Source: a virus
Reading direction: 5' to 3' (one strand)
Virus record (IMG/VR): IMGVR_UViG_3300013132_000023
Location: 32,001 to 96,000 of that record
Length of the DNA stretch: 64,000 nucleotides
The notes under the pieces were generated by a model, which had not been told where the DNA came from, made no database searches, and saw nothing but the letters and a program-made list of their open reading frames with translations. Both the position numbers and the translations under genes were made by a program. This document shows positions 1 through 10,132 of this stretch, one piece after another. Each line of letters opens with the position of its first letter. The first letter of the stretch is position 1.

Positions 1-1
1 T

Positions 2-616
2 CGTGAAAAGCTTAGAGAACTCATGCGTGAACACGGCATGTGGACCGAGGAAGACGACAAAGAACTTAAGAAAGCGGTCGGCAAGATTGCGGTTTTTCAA
101 ATAGAGCTTCGTCGTGCCGAAACAGAGGGAGACGAAAAGGCGTGTCTTAAAGCAGCCCAGGGCATTGGAGAAGCCCGTCGTCGTATGTGGGAACTGTTCC
201 TTGTACAGCAAAGTGTATACATGAACTCTGCTGAAGGCATTGCAGAAATGATTAAAACTGAAGCAATCATGGCTGCATGTACTAGATTAAAGTCTACTGG
301 CGAACGTTATTGGAAAGACTATCCAGAATACGTACGCGAGCGTGATCTTAATAGCAAGTCATCCGTGTATCCTAGCGTCATTGAGGTTCAAACGAAAATT
401 CTGGATAGTGCTCGCGTAGACCTCATGTCTGATTTTCCAGAACATCGCTATTTGAAGAGTGCAGAAGAACGAATTATTGACCGTGAAATTGAAGAACAGG
501 TTTCTCGCGAAATTCAAACTCGTGCAGAAAAAGCCATTAAGGCAGACAAGTCCTCTACAAAGAAGAAAGTAAAACGTGGTAAGTCCGTGGAAGCTAGACC
601 TAATTCGGCCAAGTGA
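2..616 (+). CDS. hypothetical protein, 5'-truncated by the window; possible tail assembly chaperone
   Basis: The frame is open from position 2 (REKLRELM...), so the ATG at 23 is probably internal. Helical, charged protein two genes upstream of the tape measure gene; function inferred from position only. Confidence 0.5.
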   Translation, partial: REKLRELMREHGMWTEEDDKELKKAVGKIAVFQIELRRAETEGDEKACLKAAQGIGEARRRMWELFLVQQSVYMNSAEGIAEMIKTEAIMAACTRLKSTGERYWKDYPEYVRERDLNSKSSVYPSVIEVQTKILDSARVDLMSDFPEHRYLKSAEERIIDREIEEQVSREIQTRAEKAIKADKSSTKKKVKRGKSVEARPNSAK

Positions 617-1223
617 CGCGATTACAATCGCTGTCAATCAGGCTTGGGCCGACGCTCTCGCAGATCTTGAGAAGTGGATAGGGACAGACCTTATCGACGC
701 CATGATCTACGGGGGTCTCGGTATTCAGGGTATTTCACAAACTACATTCTATCGTTTTATTTCAAGCCCAGAAGGATTGAGTGAACTTGGTATTGAAAGT
801 TCTGAGCCGCCTCGTTTGTTAGACGCTTATAGAGATTCATTTAAAGTTTCTCGTAACAACAAAATCATCATGTTGAAATTTGGTGATGTTGCTAGACTTA
901 AGCTTGGTACTCCTCATCCTGCATCTGGTACTGGATTCTTGCAAATCGATTCTTGGATGGAGTGGATTTTGGATGGAGTTAATGTTGGTAGTGGATATGT
1001 TCCTCGTACAAAACTGCCTCGCAATGCACAGAAACGTATTCGTATCAATTCTGCTCCTGGTGGCTTAATGCTTCCTCGTGGTGTTTTTGGTAGCACTGGT
1101 TCTTGGCGTTTTCCGACAAGTCTGAATGACTATGACATGGATTGGTTTAAAACAAACATTGCTGCGATTGAGTCTGCAATAACTGATGCGATAACATTGT
1201 TTCTAACACGGAAATTAACCTAA
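576..1223 (+). CDS. hypothetical protein in the tail module
   Basis: 215-aa ORF with GTG start, overlapping the upstream gene; TAATG-coupled to the tape measure gene. No family recognised. Confidence 0.6.
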   Translation: MVSPWKLDLIRPSDAITIAVNQAWADALADLEKWIGTDLIDAMIYGGLGIQGISQTTFYRFISSPEGLSELGIESSEPPRLLDAYRDSFKVSRNNKIIMLKFGDVARLKLGTPHPASGTGFLQIDSWMEWILDGVNVGSGYVPRTKLPRNAQKRIRINSAPGGLMLPRGVFGSTGSWRFPTSLNDYDMDWFKTNIAAIESAITDAITLFLTRKLT

Positions 1224-4200
1224 TGGCAAGAGTACAGCTAGAGGCCGTATTGCGATTGGTTGATGTGCAAATCAACCCACAGGTTTTCCGTCGTATTAGT
1301 CAATCTGTTGCCGGAATGCCTGGATCATTAGCAAACGTAAACGTTAATCTTAGACAAACGGTTACGCATGCAAACAATTTGAATCGTAGATTGCAGCAAA
1401 CAACGCAAACGCTCAGCAATAGCGAGCGTGCTGCACGTCTTTTGTTGCAGCGTATGGCACAGTTTGCAATCTTGTTGCCAACTTTTGCAACATTGAATCG
1501 TGCTATTCAAGGTAGCGTTTCTTTCTTGTTTGAATTTGATAGTGCTCTTCGTGATATCGTACGTACTGACGTTAGTAGTCTCAGGGATCGCATGGAGGAG
1601 ATTGGCGATACTGCACTGAGAACTGCTATGGATCTTGGTGTAGTAGCACAAGAAGTTCTCAATGTTACTAAGACATTCGTGCAAGCTGGTTTAAGCATCG
1701 AGGACGCCCAAGAACGTGCTCGTCTTGCTATTATTGCTACACAAGTATCAACACTAGATACCGAAGGTGCTGTACAGTTTTTGATTACGGCCACCAATCA
1801 ATTTGGACTCAATACTGATCAATTGAAATCTTCTCTTGATGCTTTAGTTAAAGTTGAAGACTTGGCAGCCGTTGAAGCTCAAGACATTTCCGAAGCGTTT
1901 CGTACGGGTGGTAACTCTATGGCTAGCTTCGGCAAGAACATTAATGATGCTATTGGATTGATTTCTGCATTAAAGCAACAGAGCGGTAAATCTGGTCGTG
2001 AAATCGGTACCTTCTTTAAGACTTTACAGACCCGTATCTTCGCTGCTGGTGAGTCGCGTGATGCACTTGAAGCTCTTGGTGTTGAAGTAGAAAATCTTGA
2101 TGGTACTTTGCGTCCTACGCTTACTGTTTTGAATGACATGAAGGCGGCTTTTGATGGATTGACAGAAGCACAGGCCGCTAATGCTAGTAAGGCTATTGCT
2201 GGAGTTCGTCAATTTGAAGCGTTGGATGCGACTTTAAAATCTTTGAAGCGTGCTAACGAACTGTCTACGGAAGCCTCCGAGGCTGCTGGTGCCGTAGATC
2301 AAAAGCGTACGGTAACTGATCAAAAACTTGAAATTCAATTGGGCAAATTGATTGCACAAGGTCAGGCTTTTGCTGAAGCTCTTGGTGATGCTGGCTTAGA
2401 AGATGCAATTAACAAGGTGTTAAAAGTTGCAACCAAATTGCTTGGTGTTTTCACTAGTGTTGTGGATATGATTTCGCAAGCCGGTGGTAGCATTACGCCG
2501 TTACTTGCTCTTGCTGGTGTTCGTATTGGTGGTAGCGTTTTAGGTTTTGCTAGTGGTGGTGCTCCTGGTGGTGGCGGTATGCAAGCTCCTCAACCTGGAC
2601 AGCAAGGTTTTATTGGTCCACTAACGCAATCTCAAGCGGCAATGGCAAGCTTGGGAACTGATTTAAAGCGTCTTGGCTCTATTGCCGTTGACGGTGGCAA
2701 GGCTCTTGGTATCATGGCTTACAATGTTGGCGTGAACACTAAGGCCACTTCGATGTATGGCTATACTACTTCGATTGCGTCAAGGACATTAACTCAACAT
2801 ACGGCTGCCGTTATGGCAAATGCTAGGGCTCTTACTGCATCTGCCGCAGCTTCATTTCAGAATAGAGTTGCGAATCTTCAAGGAGCAACTTCAATGGTAG
2901 CGATTACACTTGCTGCCTCAATGTTGCCGAAGGTATTTGAAGTTCTTGAAGAAAAAGCCGGTGGTCTTGGTGGACAATTAGGTCAAGGTGCCGCTGCTTT
3001 TACTGGTATTGCCGGTGAGAGTGCTACGCTCGCTGCTCAATTTGCAGTGCTTGGTCCTCAAGCAGCCGGTATTGCTGCTTTTTTCGGAGCGTTAACAGGA
3101 AGCGTTTCACGTTTCTTTGACGCATTGGAAGAACGCATTAAAACATTTAGTGAACAAGCCGAATTGTCAAATCGAGACGGTAGAGTTTCTGCTGCCGAGT
3201 TTCGATTACAGGGTGGTGGACGCCTAGGTTCCGAAGCTCAAGCTAGCTTTATTGAAGTCTTAGAGAATAGCGTTAAAGGCGTAGAACTTGGTCAGCCTCT
3301 TGCAGCGGCTATTCAAAAATCATTTGATCAAGCCGCAAAAGGCAAGGGGTTTGGAGATCTTAAAATTGCTGGTGACGAATTACGTGAATCGTTACTTGGA
3401 AACGTTAATGTCATTAAGGCTCTTGTTGATACCAACCAGGGTTATTTAAAGTCTGTTGCTGATTCCGAGGGACGCTTAGAACAATTCACTCAATTACAAG
3501 ATGGTCTTGCAGACGGTACGTTAAAGTCTGGCGAAGCCTTTGGTTTACTCGTTCGTGCTCTTGGTGCTGGTGAAGTTGAAATTGACCGTGTAACTGGCCT
3601 CATTAAGAAGTCTTTGTCATTTGAAGAATTCAAAGCAGCACAAGATACTCTAGAACTAGCTGACGGTATTCGTCTATTAGGTCGCGAACTAGGACTTGCA
3701 AAACTCGGTCCAGAGGCATTATCTGATGAATTGGTGCGTCTTGAAAGTGAATTCTTGGTTACGCAAGAAGCTTCTGAGCGTACTCAAGAATCTCTTCGTG
3801 AAACCCTTAACGCGGCAATCTTAAATCTTGGTGACGTAAACTTTGCTAAGAACGTTAAGTTCCAAGACTTGCTTGCCGATTTACTTGATACACCAGAAAC
3901 TTTTGATACTGATTCTATTGAAGCTTTCAAGGAAGTAATTCGTGGTTTGCCAAAAGCTGAACGCGAAGCCGCTGAAGACATTTTGGAAATTGTTAAGCAA
4001 CAAGTTGAAGACAAGATTGATTTGCAAAAAGCTGAAAACGACATGATTGCAGAACAGTCTCGTCGTCGTAAGGCTTTGTTTGATGCAGAAGCGGTTGCAA
4101 CACAGAATGCATTCGAAGCTTCTCGTAAGTTTACTGCTGAGTTGATGAAGTTTGGAGATGCCGTTAACACAGAGGTATTAGCGTCTTTCCAGAACCTAAC

Positions 4201-6418
4201 TCTTCTTGATGTGGAAGATGTACTTGCTGGTACTTCGGGTCTTGGCGAAGGATTACAGCAAGTAATCATGAGTGCTTTTGCAGATCCTATCACTCAGGCT
4301 GAACAAGTTCTTGCGGCAGCTACGGCTTCTACTCAGGCAGAATTAGACATTCTTGCAAAGCGTCTTGAAATTGTCAATGGCAAGTTAGAAGACTCTGCTA
4401 ATTCGAATAACATTGCTGCTTTGACTACAGAGAAGCGTGCAATTGAATTGCAGATGGAAACTACTAAGCAATCTGGTGCAATTGCGGCCACAGAAGCTAA
4501 GATCAAAATACTGGAAGCTGAAAAAGAAGCTGCCGAAGAAGCCGCCGAACGTGAAAAAGAGCGTCTAGAGGCTTTGGAAAAACTAGCAGATGCGTCTAGA
4601 GCATTTGACAATGAGTTGCGTAAGATCAATCAGGGCTTTGAAGAATTCATGCAACAAAGAGTTGATGATCTTTTAAGCCAAGAAGCAGATGCACAGTCTG
4701 AACTTAAAGACGCACAACAACAAGTGTTGGCTTCTACTCAAGGTCTCGCTGAAGCGTATGATGGTTTGATTCAAGCTCAACTTAACTACAATGGTGTAAT
4801 TGCCGAAGCTCAAATCAAGAGCAATTTACTTGCTCGTGACATTGGTAAGCTTACTGGTGCGATTTTTAGTTTTGATGGCGAGCTTTCGGCCATTGGTGTT
4901 GCTTTTAGAAACGTGTTAAATGACTCAAACATTACTCTTGGTAAGCGTATTGAACTAGAGCGTCAGCTTGCTGATGAAACACTTGCTTTCTTGCAACAGG
5001 CTAAAGACGAAATTGTAAACGCCGGTATTGGTATTTTTGGACAGACTGGTCAAGAAAATCAGGCTCTTGGACAGGGCATTGCTGGTTTACAGTTTGTTGC
5101 AGAACAACTAGGCGGTTCGTTTGAAGCTTTCTTGAACATGAGTCAAGGAGACTTAGCAGGAGTAAGTCAGACATTGTTGTCATTACCGGCAGAGTTCCGT
5201 CAACAAATTCTCAATGCCCTTTCGTTCTTGCCAAGCACCATGAACGTTGGTGGCTTCTCTGTAGAACAGCTAACTGAAGCAATTGGACAGGTTGGTGCAG
5301 GAGTTGCACCCGAGTCTGGATTGCCATCTATTGAAGAACTAAACAATCAACAAGTTGAGCAATTAACAAAACTACAAGAGCTTGCCTTGCAAGACGCACA
5401 GCTACAATTTGCACAGGTTCTTTCGGCCCAAGAACAAGTTGCAGTTGCACAGGAGGCTGTTGCTGCTGCACAAATTGCACAAGAGCGTGCTTCGCAAAAC
5501 CTTACCGAGGTTCGTGATGCTGTTCTCCAGGAAATGGCGGTTTTGGAAACGGCTAACGCTGAACGTATAGAACTCTTGAATGCAGTTATTGCAACTGACG
5601 ATAAGAATACATTGATGATGATCGAAAAAGAAGCACAGGCTTTTGCAGATCAAAACTCTGTGTTCCGTGAAGTTGGAGACAATATTGTCAAAGGAATTGC
5701 AAGTGCAATTGGAGCCAAGTTGGCTGTACTTGAAGCTACTGCCAATGTTGCTAACATGGCTAGGGGATATATTCCAAACTTTGCTGGTGGTAATTTGTCA
5801 CCGGACGAAGCCGCTGGTTTGTTACGTGCTGCGTCTCGCGAAAAGCGTGCTATGCCAGCCGGTGCTGGACTTGCTGTAGCCAATACAAGTGAAGCTATCA
5901 TTCCTATGCGATATCGAGGATTTGTTCCTAATTTCCAGGATGGTAATGCGTCTCCAATTGCTGCTGGTATTTCTGCTATCAAGCAAATTAACGAAACTGT
6001 TGTTGCGGCTATCGCTCGTTCGGTTACGCAGTCACTTAGTAATTTGGATAGTGGTACTCAGTCTTCGGAATTGCTCACGGAAGTTGTTGCAGAATTGCGT
6101 GACATTAGAGATACCCTTGTTAACGTTGAAGAATCTAATGTACAGATTCAAGCCAACACCTTACAAACTGGTACAGGAACACAAACACAACAGTCTTCTG
6201 CAAATTCTGATGTACGTATTGTACTTGAAACGAACCAGAGAAATCAGATTGCTGTTAGCGGTCTTGAGGGTCTTCGTGAACAAATTTCGGTTGCCGTTAA
6301 GGAAGCTGCTGCGGAACAAGTTGATCAGCAACTTGCAACACTATTGTCGGAACTCGATAACATTCTTTCTGCACTCCAAGAGCGTGGCATTATCTCTAGC
6401 CTAGGTCAAGCACGATGA
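1223..6418 (+). CDS. phage tail tape measure protein
   Basis: 1731 aa, Ala/Leu/Glu/Gln-rich and helical. N-terminal TP901-like TMP core (FEFDSALRDIV...KTFVQAGLSIEDAQERARLA...REIGTFFKTLQTRI...LEALGVEV), central hydrophobic Gly/Ala segments, long coiled coil; followed by tail-like genes. Confidence 0.9.
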   Translation: MARVQLEAVLRLVDVQINPQVFRRISQSVAGMPGSLANVNVNLRQTVTHANNLNRRLQQTTQTLSNSERAARLLLQRMAQFAILLPTFATLNRAIQGSVSFLFEFDSALRDIVRTDVSSLRDRMEEIGDTALRTAMDLGVVAQEVLNVTKTFVQAGLSIEDAQERARLAIIATQVSTLDTEGAVQFLITATNQFGLNTDQLKSSLDALVKVEDLAAVEAQDISEAFRTGGNSMASFGKNINDAIGLISALKQQSGKSGREIGTFFKTLQTRIFAAGESRDALEALGVEVENLDGTLRPTLTVLNDMKAAFDGLTEAQAANASKAIAGVRQFEALDATLKSLKRANELSTEASEAAGAVDQKRTVTDQKLEIQLGKLIAQGQAFAEALGDAGLEDAINKVLKVATKLLGVFTSVVDMISQAGGSITPLLALAGVRIGGSVLGFASGGAPGGGGMQAPQPGQQGFIGPLTQSQAAMASLGTDLKRLGSIAVDGGKALGIMAYNVGVNTKATSMYGYTTSIASRTLTQHTAAVMANARALTASAAASFQNRVANLQGATSMVAITLAASMLPKVFEVLEEKAGGLGGQLGQGAAAFTGIAGESATLAAQFAVLGPQAAGIAAFFGALTGSVSRFFDALEERIKTFSEQAELSNRDGRVSAAEFRLQGGGRLGSEAQASFIEVLENSVKGVELGQPLAAAIQKSFDQAAKGKGFGDLKIAGDELRESLLGNVNVIKALVDTNQGYLKSVADSEGRLEQFTQLQDGLADGTLKSGEAFGLLVRALGAGEVEIDRVTGLIKKSLSFEEFKAAQDTLELADGIRLLGRELGLAKLGPEALSDELVRLESEFLVTQEASERTQESLRETLNAAILNLGDVNFAKNVKFQDLLADLLDTPETFDTDSIEAFKEVIRGLPKAEREAAEDILEIVKQQVEDKIDLQKAENDMIAEQSRRRKALFDAEAVATQNAFEASRKFTAELMKFGDAVNTEVLASFQNLTLLDVEDVLAGTSGLGEGLQQVIMSAFADPITQAEQVLAAATASTQAELDILAKRLEIVNGKLEDSANSNNIAALTTEKRAIELQMETTKQSGAIAATEAKIKILEAEKEAAEEAAEREKERLEALEKLADASRAFDNELRKINQGFEEFMQQRVDDLLSQEADAQSELKDAQQQVLASTQGLAEAYDGLIQAQLNYNGVIAEAQIKSNLLARDIGKLTGAIFSFDGELSAIGVAFRNVLNDSNITLGKRIELERQLADETLAFLQQAKDEIVNAGIGIFGQTGQENQALGQGIAGLQFVAEQLGGSFEAFLNMSQGDLAGVSQTLLSLPAEFRQQILNALSFLPSTMNVGGFSVEQLTEAIGQVGAGVAPESGLPSIEELNNQQVEQLTKLQELALQDAQLQFAQVLSAQEQVAVAQEAVAAAQIAQERASQNLTEVRDAVLQEMAVLETANAERIELLNAVIATDDKNTLMMIEKEAQAFADQNSVFREVGDNIVKGIASAIGAKLAVLEATANVANMARGYIPNFAGGNLSPDEAAGLLRAASREKRAMPAGAGLAVANTSEAIIPMRYRGFVPNFQDGNASPIAAGISAIKQINETVVAAIARSVTQSLSNLDSGTQSSELLTEVVAELRDIRDTLVNVEESNVQIQANTLQTGTGTQTQQSSANSDVRIVLETNQRNQIAVSGLEGLREQISVAVKEAAAEQVDQQLATLLSELDNILSALQERGIISSLGQAR

Positions 6419-7920
6419 ACGTCTTATCTCAAGTTCCCAATCCGCCGTTAGCAGCCGTTGAAGTTTACTATAATGGCTGCAAGCTAACGCCAGCTCCATT
6501 AATTGATTGGACGATTGAACCGCAGTTTGACGATGCTGGTGTTCGTACCGCTAATCTCAATCGTTTGACTCTTACTGGCACCGTACTTGTAACTCCGTCT
6601 GGTAGTTACGAGCAAATGTTCATTAAGCAAACTGAACTACGTAACGCGTTTTCGGTTGATGATGCTGATTTCGTTATCTTAGCTGGTCCTGGTAACAAGA
6701 CTTTATCGCCGGGTACGATTATTTCGTCTGGTCTAAGACCAAAAGTCACTAGCGTTAGCGTTCCGGCAGATACTCAATTCATACGTATTGACTATAGTGT
6801 TGAACTAGAAGACTTAGTAACCGCTTCTGGTGTTAGTGGTGTTACATCAAGCTTAAGCGACCAATGGTCGTTTAGAGAAAATCCAGATACTTGTACTGTT
6901 CAGGTTACGCACAACATTAGTGCCGAAGGACCGGACGGTGAGTCTGATAAGTTTGAGCAGGCTATGCGTGCAGTTCAAGCACGTATTGGTATTGACAAGC
7001 TGCCACTTGCTATTCCATTCTTTGTACAACCAAATGCTTCTGGTTTGTTTGGCATTACTCATCCGTCAAATCCTGCTGGCGGTCCTATTTTCGAAGTGTC
7101 TGTACAGCGTGAAGAAGTTGCTGACGTATCTAATGGTACGTATCAGGTAACAGAAATCTTTACGATTGTTAGTGGCGTACCATTCTACTATACGTCACGC
7201 ACAGAGTCTTTTGAAGAAGACGTAAATGGTGTTGCAACCGTAACGGTTGCCGGTACCGTTCAAGGACTTGGACGTACGTTGACGCCAAATTATCCGGATG
7301 GTGGTGTTGGCTTTGAAAGAGCCTGCTCTGGATTCATTAATCACGTTAAGCCTAAGTTACGCTGGGAAGCTTCTGGCGTTTACGTTAAGTTCAAGGAGGG
7401 TGGAAATGGAAGCGGTATTGCCGTCTACAATCCTACCTCGTATTCTGTATCACAAAATAAGTGCCGTGGCACTGTCGATTTTTCTATTACTTTTACAGAC
7501 GATCCCGCTGCTAATTTACCAAGTGGTATAGTAAGTAGCAGTTGTAGCGTTTCTATGGTTGAAGGAATTAGATTGTATGCTACTCATGCAATTCCGTTTA
7601 GACGCCTTGGAAACATCATACAAGACATTAAGACTACAACGGAAGGATCTATCTCTATTCAATGTCAAGCAACTTCGAAGAATACTGGCAATCCGACTGT
7701 AGATACAAATCGTGCTATTCAGTATGTTCAAGATGAACTTAATCGTCTTAAGAGCTTACACGCCAATCCGGCCAATTTTGTAACTCTTCGTATTTCGAAC
7801 TTGAATCAACAGTTTAGTGCAACCGATCTTACCAGTCAGGCTACACTTGATTTTGCATTCACTGTTGATCTATCAACGACACCTGATGTGAATTCTAACA
7901 TTGCATTGAGGACAATCTAA
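6415..7920 (+). CDS. putative tail/baseplate structural protein
   Basis: 501 aa, rich in V/T/S, ATGA-coupled directly after the tape measure gene. Confidence 0.65.
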   Translation: MNVLSQVPNPPLAAVEVYYNGCKLTPAPLIDWTIEPQFDDAGVRTANLNRLTLTGTVLVTPSGSYEQMFIKQTELRNAFSVDDADFVILAGPGNKTLSPGTIISSGLRPKVTSVSVPADTQFIRIDYSVELEDLVTASGVSGVTSSLSDQWSFRENPDTCTVQVTHNISAEGPDGESDKFEQAMRAVQARIGIDKLPLAIPFFVQPNASGLFGITHPSNPAGGPIFEVSVQREEVADVSNGTYQVTEIFTIVSGVPFYYTSRTESFEEDVNGVATVTVAGTVQGLGRTLTPNYPDGGVGFERACSGFINHVKPKLRWEASGVYVKFKEGGNGSGIAVYNPTSYSVSQNKCRGTVDFSITFTDDPAANLPSGIVSSSCSVSMVEGIRLYATHAIPFRRLGNIIQDIKTTTEGSISIQCQATSKNTGNPTVDTNRAIQYVQDELNRLKSLHANPANFVTLRISNLNQQFSATDLTSQATLDFAFTVDLSTTPDVNSNIALRTI

Positions 7921-8480
7921 TGGTTCAGTTTCCTGATGTTGAATGGATTCAGCAGAGTCTATCGATTAATCCTTCTGGATCAAGGCACTTAAAGCTAGGT
8001 GCTGCTGGATTCTTGCGTGTTTTGGACACGAGTGCTGGTGGTGTTCTGGATTTTGGTCAGTTGAACACTACTGGTTCTGGATCTATCACGTCCACTAAAC
8101 TGGCTTATGCTAGAGTTAATGACTTGGGTGATGCTAGTGGCGTTTTCAACATGCGATTCTTCCTTGTGAATACGTCTGCATGGGGTGCTGGTACCTTCCG
8201 ATTTTTAGAGCGAAAGACATTGCACTTTGTCCCAAGTCTTTCATTGAATTCGTCTGCTAACAATACGCCTACGGTAGTGCCGTCACAAGCGAATTTGTCT
8301 GGTACTATTACTACTCCAGAGTTTCCATTGGGTAAACCTTGGATGAGTGGAATAGCCGACATTGACGTAAGTCAATATGTTTATCTTGCTGTTGAAGCTA
8401 GTAGTGATGTACCTATTGGAACGTATGGCGGGGCTGGTGCTGGTTCATTCCGTTACAGGTTGATTTATGACTTCTCATGA
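7920..8480 (+). CDS. putative virion structural protein (paralog of 8651-9298)
   Basis: 186 aa; shares blocks with the 8651 protein (NMRFFLVNTSAW vs DLRLYLVTDSAF; SQYVYLAV...PIGTYG vs SEFIYMNI...PLGPFG). Confidence 0.65.
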   Translation: MVQFPDVEWIQQSLSINPSGSRHLKLGAAGFLRVLDTSAGGVLDFGQLNTTGSGSITSTKLAYARVNDLGDASGVFNMRFFLVNTSAWGAGTFRFLERKTLHFVPSLSLNSSANNTPTVVPSQANLSGTITTPEFPLGKPWMSGIADIDVSQYVYLAVEASSDVPIGTYGGAGAGSFRYRLIYDFS

Positions 8481-8664
8481 CAAAATCGAACTTCGTAAGG
8501 TAGACGAACCAGAGTTCAATAGTCTGCCACGCGGCGTACGTCTAATTACAGTAGGCGACAAGCTAGTCTTTGCACGCTGTATTGGCAGTCGCTTTATACC
8601 ACTTTCAGATAGCGAACAAGAAAGGCTTCGCGAGAAGCATATTCAATCAAATGGCGGCGGGTGA
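8467..8664 (+). CDS. small hypothetical protein
   Basis: 65-aa ORF overlapping both neighbours by 14 nt and filling the gap exactly. Confidence 0.55.
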   Translation: MTSHDKIELRKVDEPEFNSLPRGVRLITVGDKLVFARCIGSRFIPLSDSEQERLREKHIQSNGGG

Positions 8665-9298
8665 TTTTCCTGTAATTCGCGTGTTCGAATGGGATACGAC
8701 AGAGATAGCAAGTCCGGTTGGTAACCGTAACTTGCCGGGTGGTTCGTTTGCCTTCAAGAAAATCGTTGCATCCGGATGTGCCACTGCAAATCCTAATTTT
8801 CCTGGCACCACATCGGGAACGTTATTGTTTGAAAACGTAAGGTTTGATCTTACTAATCCGCCTCTTCCATCACACGTAGCTTCAAGAGTAACCGCTATTA
8901 CGTTTAATTTGGCAGCTAGCGGTACAGCAATTTCAGATCTTAGACTATATCTTGTTACTGATTCTGCTTTTCAAGCAGGACAAGATCAAGGACTAGATAG
9001 GGGTTTTATACAGTATGCTCCTAGTGGTAGTTTGTGGTTACCGAATCTCGTATTGGCGTCTGGGGCAGTTGCTCGCCTACCGTTAACTGTTCCTGTTGCT
9101 CCTAACGTACGTCGCCAAGATGGTGGAAATGCCCTCATTGGACAGGACGATGGTAATTCTTCTGAGTTCATTTACATGAATATCGTTGTTCCTCTAGGAA
9201 CTCCTTTGGGGCCTTTTGGCGTATGTGGTTCTGGTCTTTTAAGACTAGGACTAGTGTTTAACTACTGGTCTAATGCTTTTGTATTAGATCTAGGTTAG
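8651..9298 (+). CDS. putative virion structural protein (paralog of 7920-8480)
   Basis: Start re-assigned to ATG 8651 (MAAGDFPV..., aligning with MVQFPDV of the paralog) rather than the TTG at 8570. Confidence 0.65.
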   Translation: MAAGDFPVIRVFEWDTTEIASPVGNRNLPGGSFAFKKIVASGCATANPNFPGTTSGTLLFENVRFDLTNPPLPSHVASRVTAITFNLAASGTAISDLRLYLVTDSAFQAGQDQGLDRGFIQYAPSGSLWLPNLVLASGAVARLPLTVPVAPNVRRQDGGNALIGQDDGNSSEFIYMNIVVPLGTPLGPFGVCGSGLLRLGLVFNYWSNAFVLDLG

Positions 9299-9304
9299 TG
9301 TATT
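9296..9304 (+). promoter_or_regulatory. TAGTGTATT motif, candidate phage late promoter element
   Basis: One of five intergenic copies; its TAG is the stop codon of the upstream gene. Confidence 0.6.
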
Positions 9305-9362
9305 CTTTTTTTGAGACATCGTGTCTCTTCGGACGTTCGAACTTTTCTTAGGAGGTAATGCT

Positions 9363-9548
9363 ATGGCAACTTTCAATGCAACTAGCAGCACCAACAACGC
9401 AAACCAAGTTCTTTGGAGCTACAGCACACGCCTAGTCTGGCACACAGACCGTGATGTGTCTGGTACCAGCCGTGGTGGCGAAGTTGAAGCTGTACACAAT
9501 CTTGGTGTTGGTGTGGCTACGGGTGATCCTTTCACCAATCTACTGTGA
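9363..9548 (+). CDS. small hypothetical protein, possibly virion-associated (61 aa)
   Basis: AGGAGG Shine-Dalgarno at 9350-9355 supports ATG 9363 (MATFNATSS...). Confidence 0.65.
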   Translation: MATFNATSSTNNANQVLWSYSTRLVWHTDRDVSGTSRGGEVEAVHNLGVGVATGDPFTNLL

Positions 9549-9566
9549 TTTTGGGTAGATGAGCTA

Positions 9567-9613
9567 ACTAAGGTCGGGTGCTTAACATGAGCACCCGACC
9601 TTAGTGTATTTTT
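9567..9613 (+). terminator. intrinsic terminator-like hairpin overlapping a TAGTGTATT motif
   Basis: Perfect 16-bp inverted repeat ACTAAGGTCGGGTGCT (9567-9582) / AGCACCCGACCTTAGT (9590-9605), followed by GTATTTTT. Confidence 0.75.
9602..9610 (+). promoter_or_regulatory. TAGTGTATT motif, candidate phage late promoter element
   Basis: Second intergenic copy, upstream of the 9656-20608 gene run. Confidence 0.6.
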
Positions 9614-9655
9614 AGACATGAGGCGTAGCGTTCGCTTAGTCTCAGGAGCAAGGAC

Positions 9656-10132
9656 ATGGCAAAAGCTACTTTTGAACATGAAGGCAATTCTGGCCTTCTA
9701 ACGGTCATTACCCATTTTGACCACACGGCATTTATACCCTGCACCAAAAGGGTAGATGAGGCGTTTCGTCTCGGCGGCACTGCTGTAAACTCTGTTGTCG
9801 TCTATGAAGGCTTAACACTCAACCTTCCATGCTTACCGTCATTTGTTCACTTTCGAGCTTTCCGTACACCGGAAGATTACTTTGATTCCGTTGGTGTAAT
9901 TTCTCAAGAAGATTGGTCAGACTCGGATCGTCATTGTTACGTGACTGAATACTATAGCCTTGATATGGAAGGCAAGAAACCGAGCTGGTTTATCAGTCGT
10001 CAGCCAATTCAAAACGCCAATCATTTGTTCATAAATCTAGACGTTGTTGATGGTGGTGGCAATGTTGTGCGTCGTTATCGTGTATCTCCATTTACCGGAG
10101 AATATCGTGTCATGGAGGGCCTAAATGCCTAA
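9656..10132 (+). CDS. hypothetical protein
   Basis: 158-aa ORF with AGGAG upstream; no family recognised. Confidence 0.65.
   Translation: MAKATFEHEGNSGLLTVITHFDHTAFIPCTKRVDEAFRLGGTAVNSVVVYEGLTLNLPCLPSFVHFRAFRTPEDYFDSVGVISQEDWSDSDRHCYVTEYYSLDMEGKKPSWFISRQPIQNANHLFINLDVVDGGGNVVRRYRVSPFTGEYRVMEGLNA

Noticed and set aside
540-616. Possible programmed frameshift joining the first two ORFs (tail chaperone G/GT style)
   Set aside because: The two frames are related by +1 rather than the usual -1, and I found no canonical XXXYYYZ slippery heptamer in the overlap.
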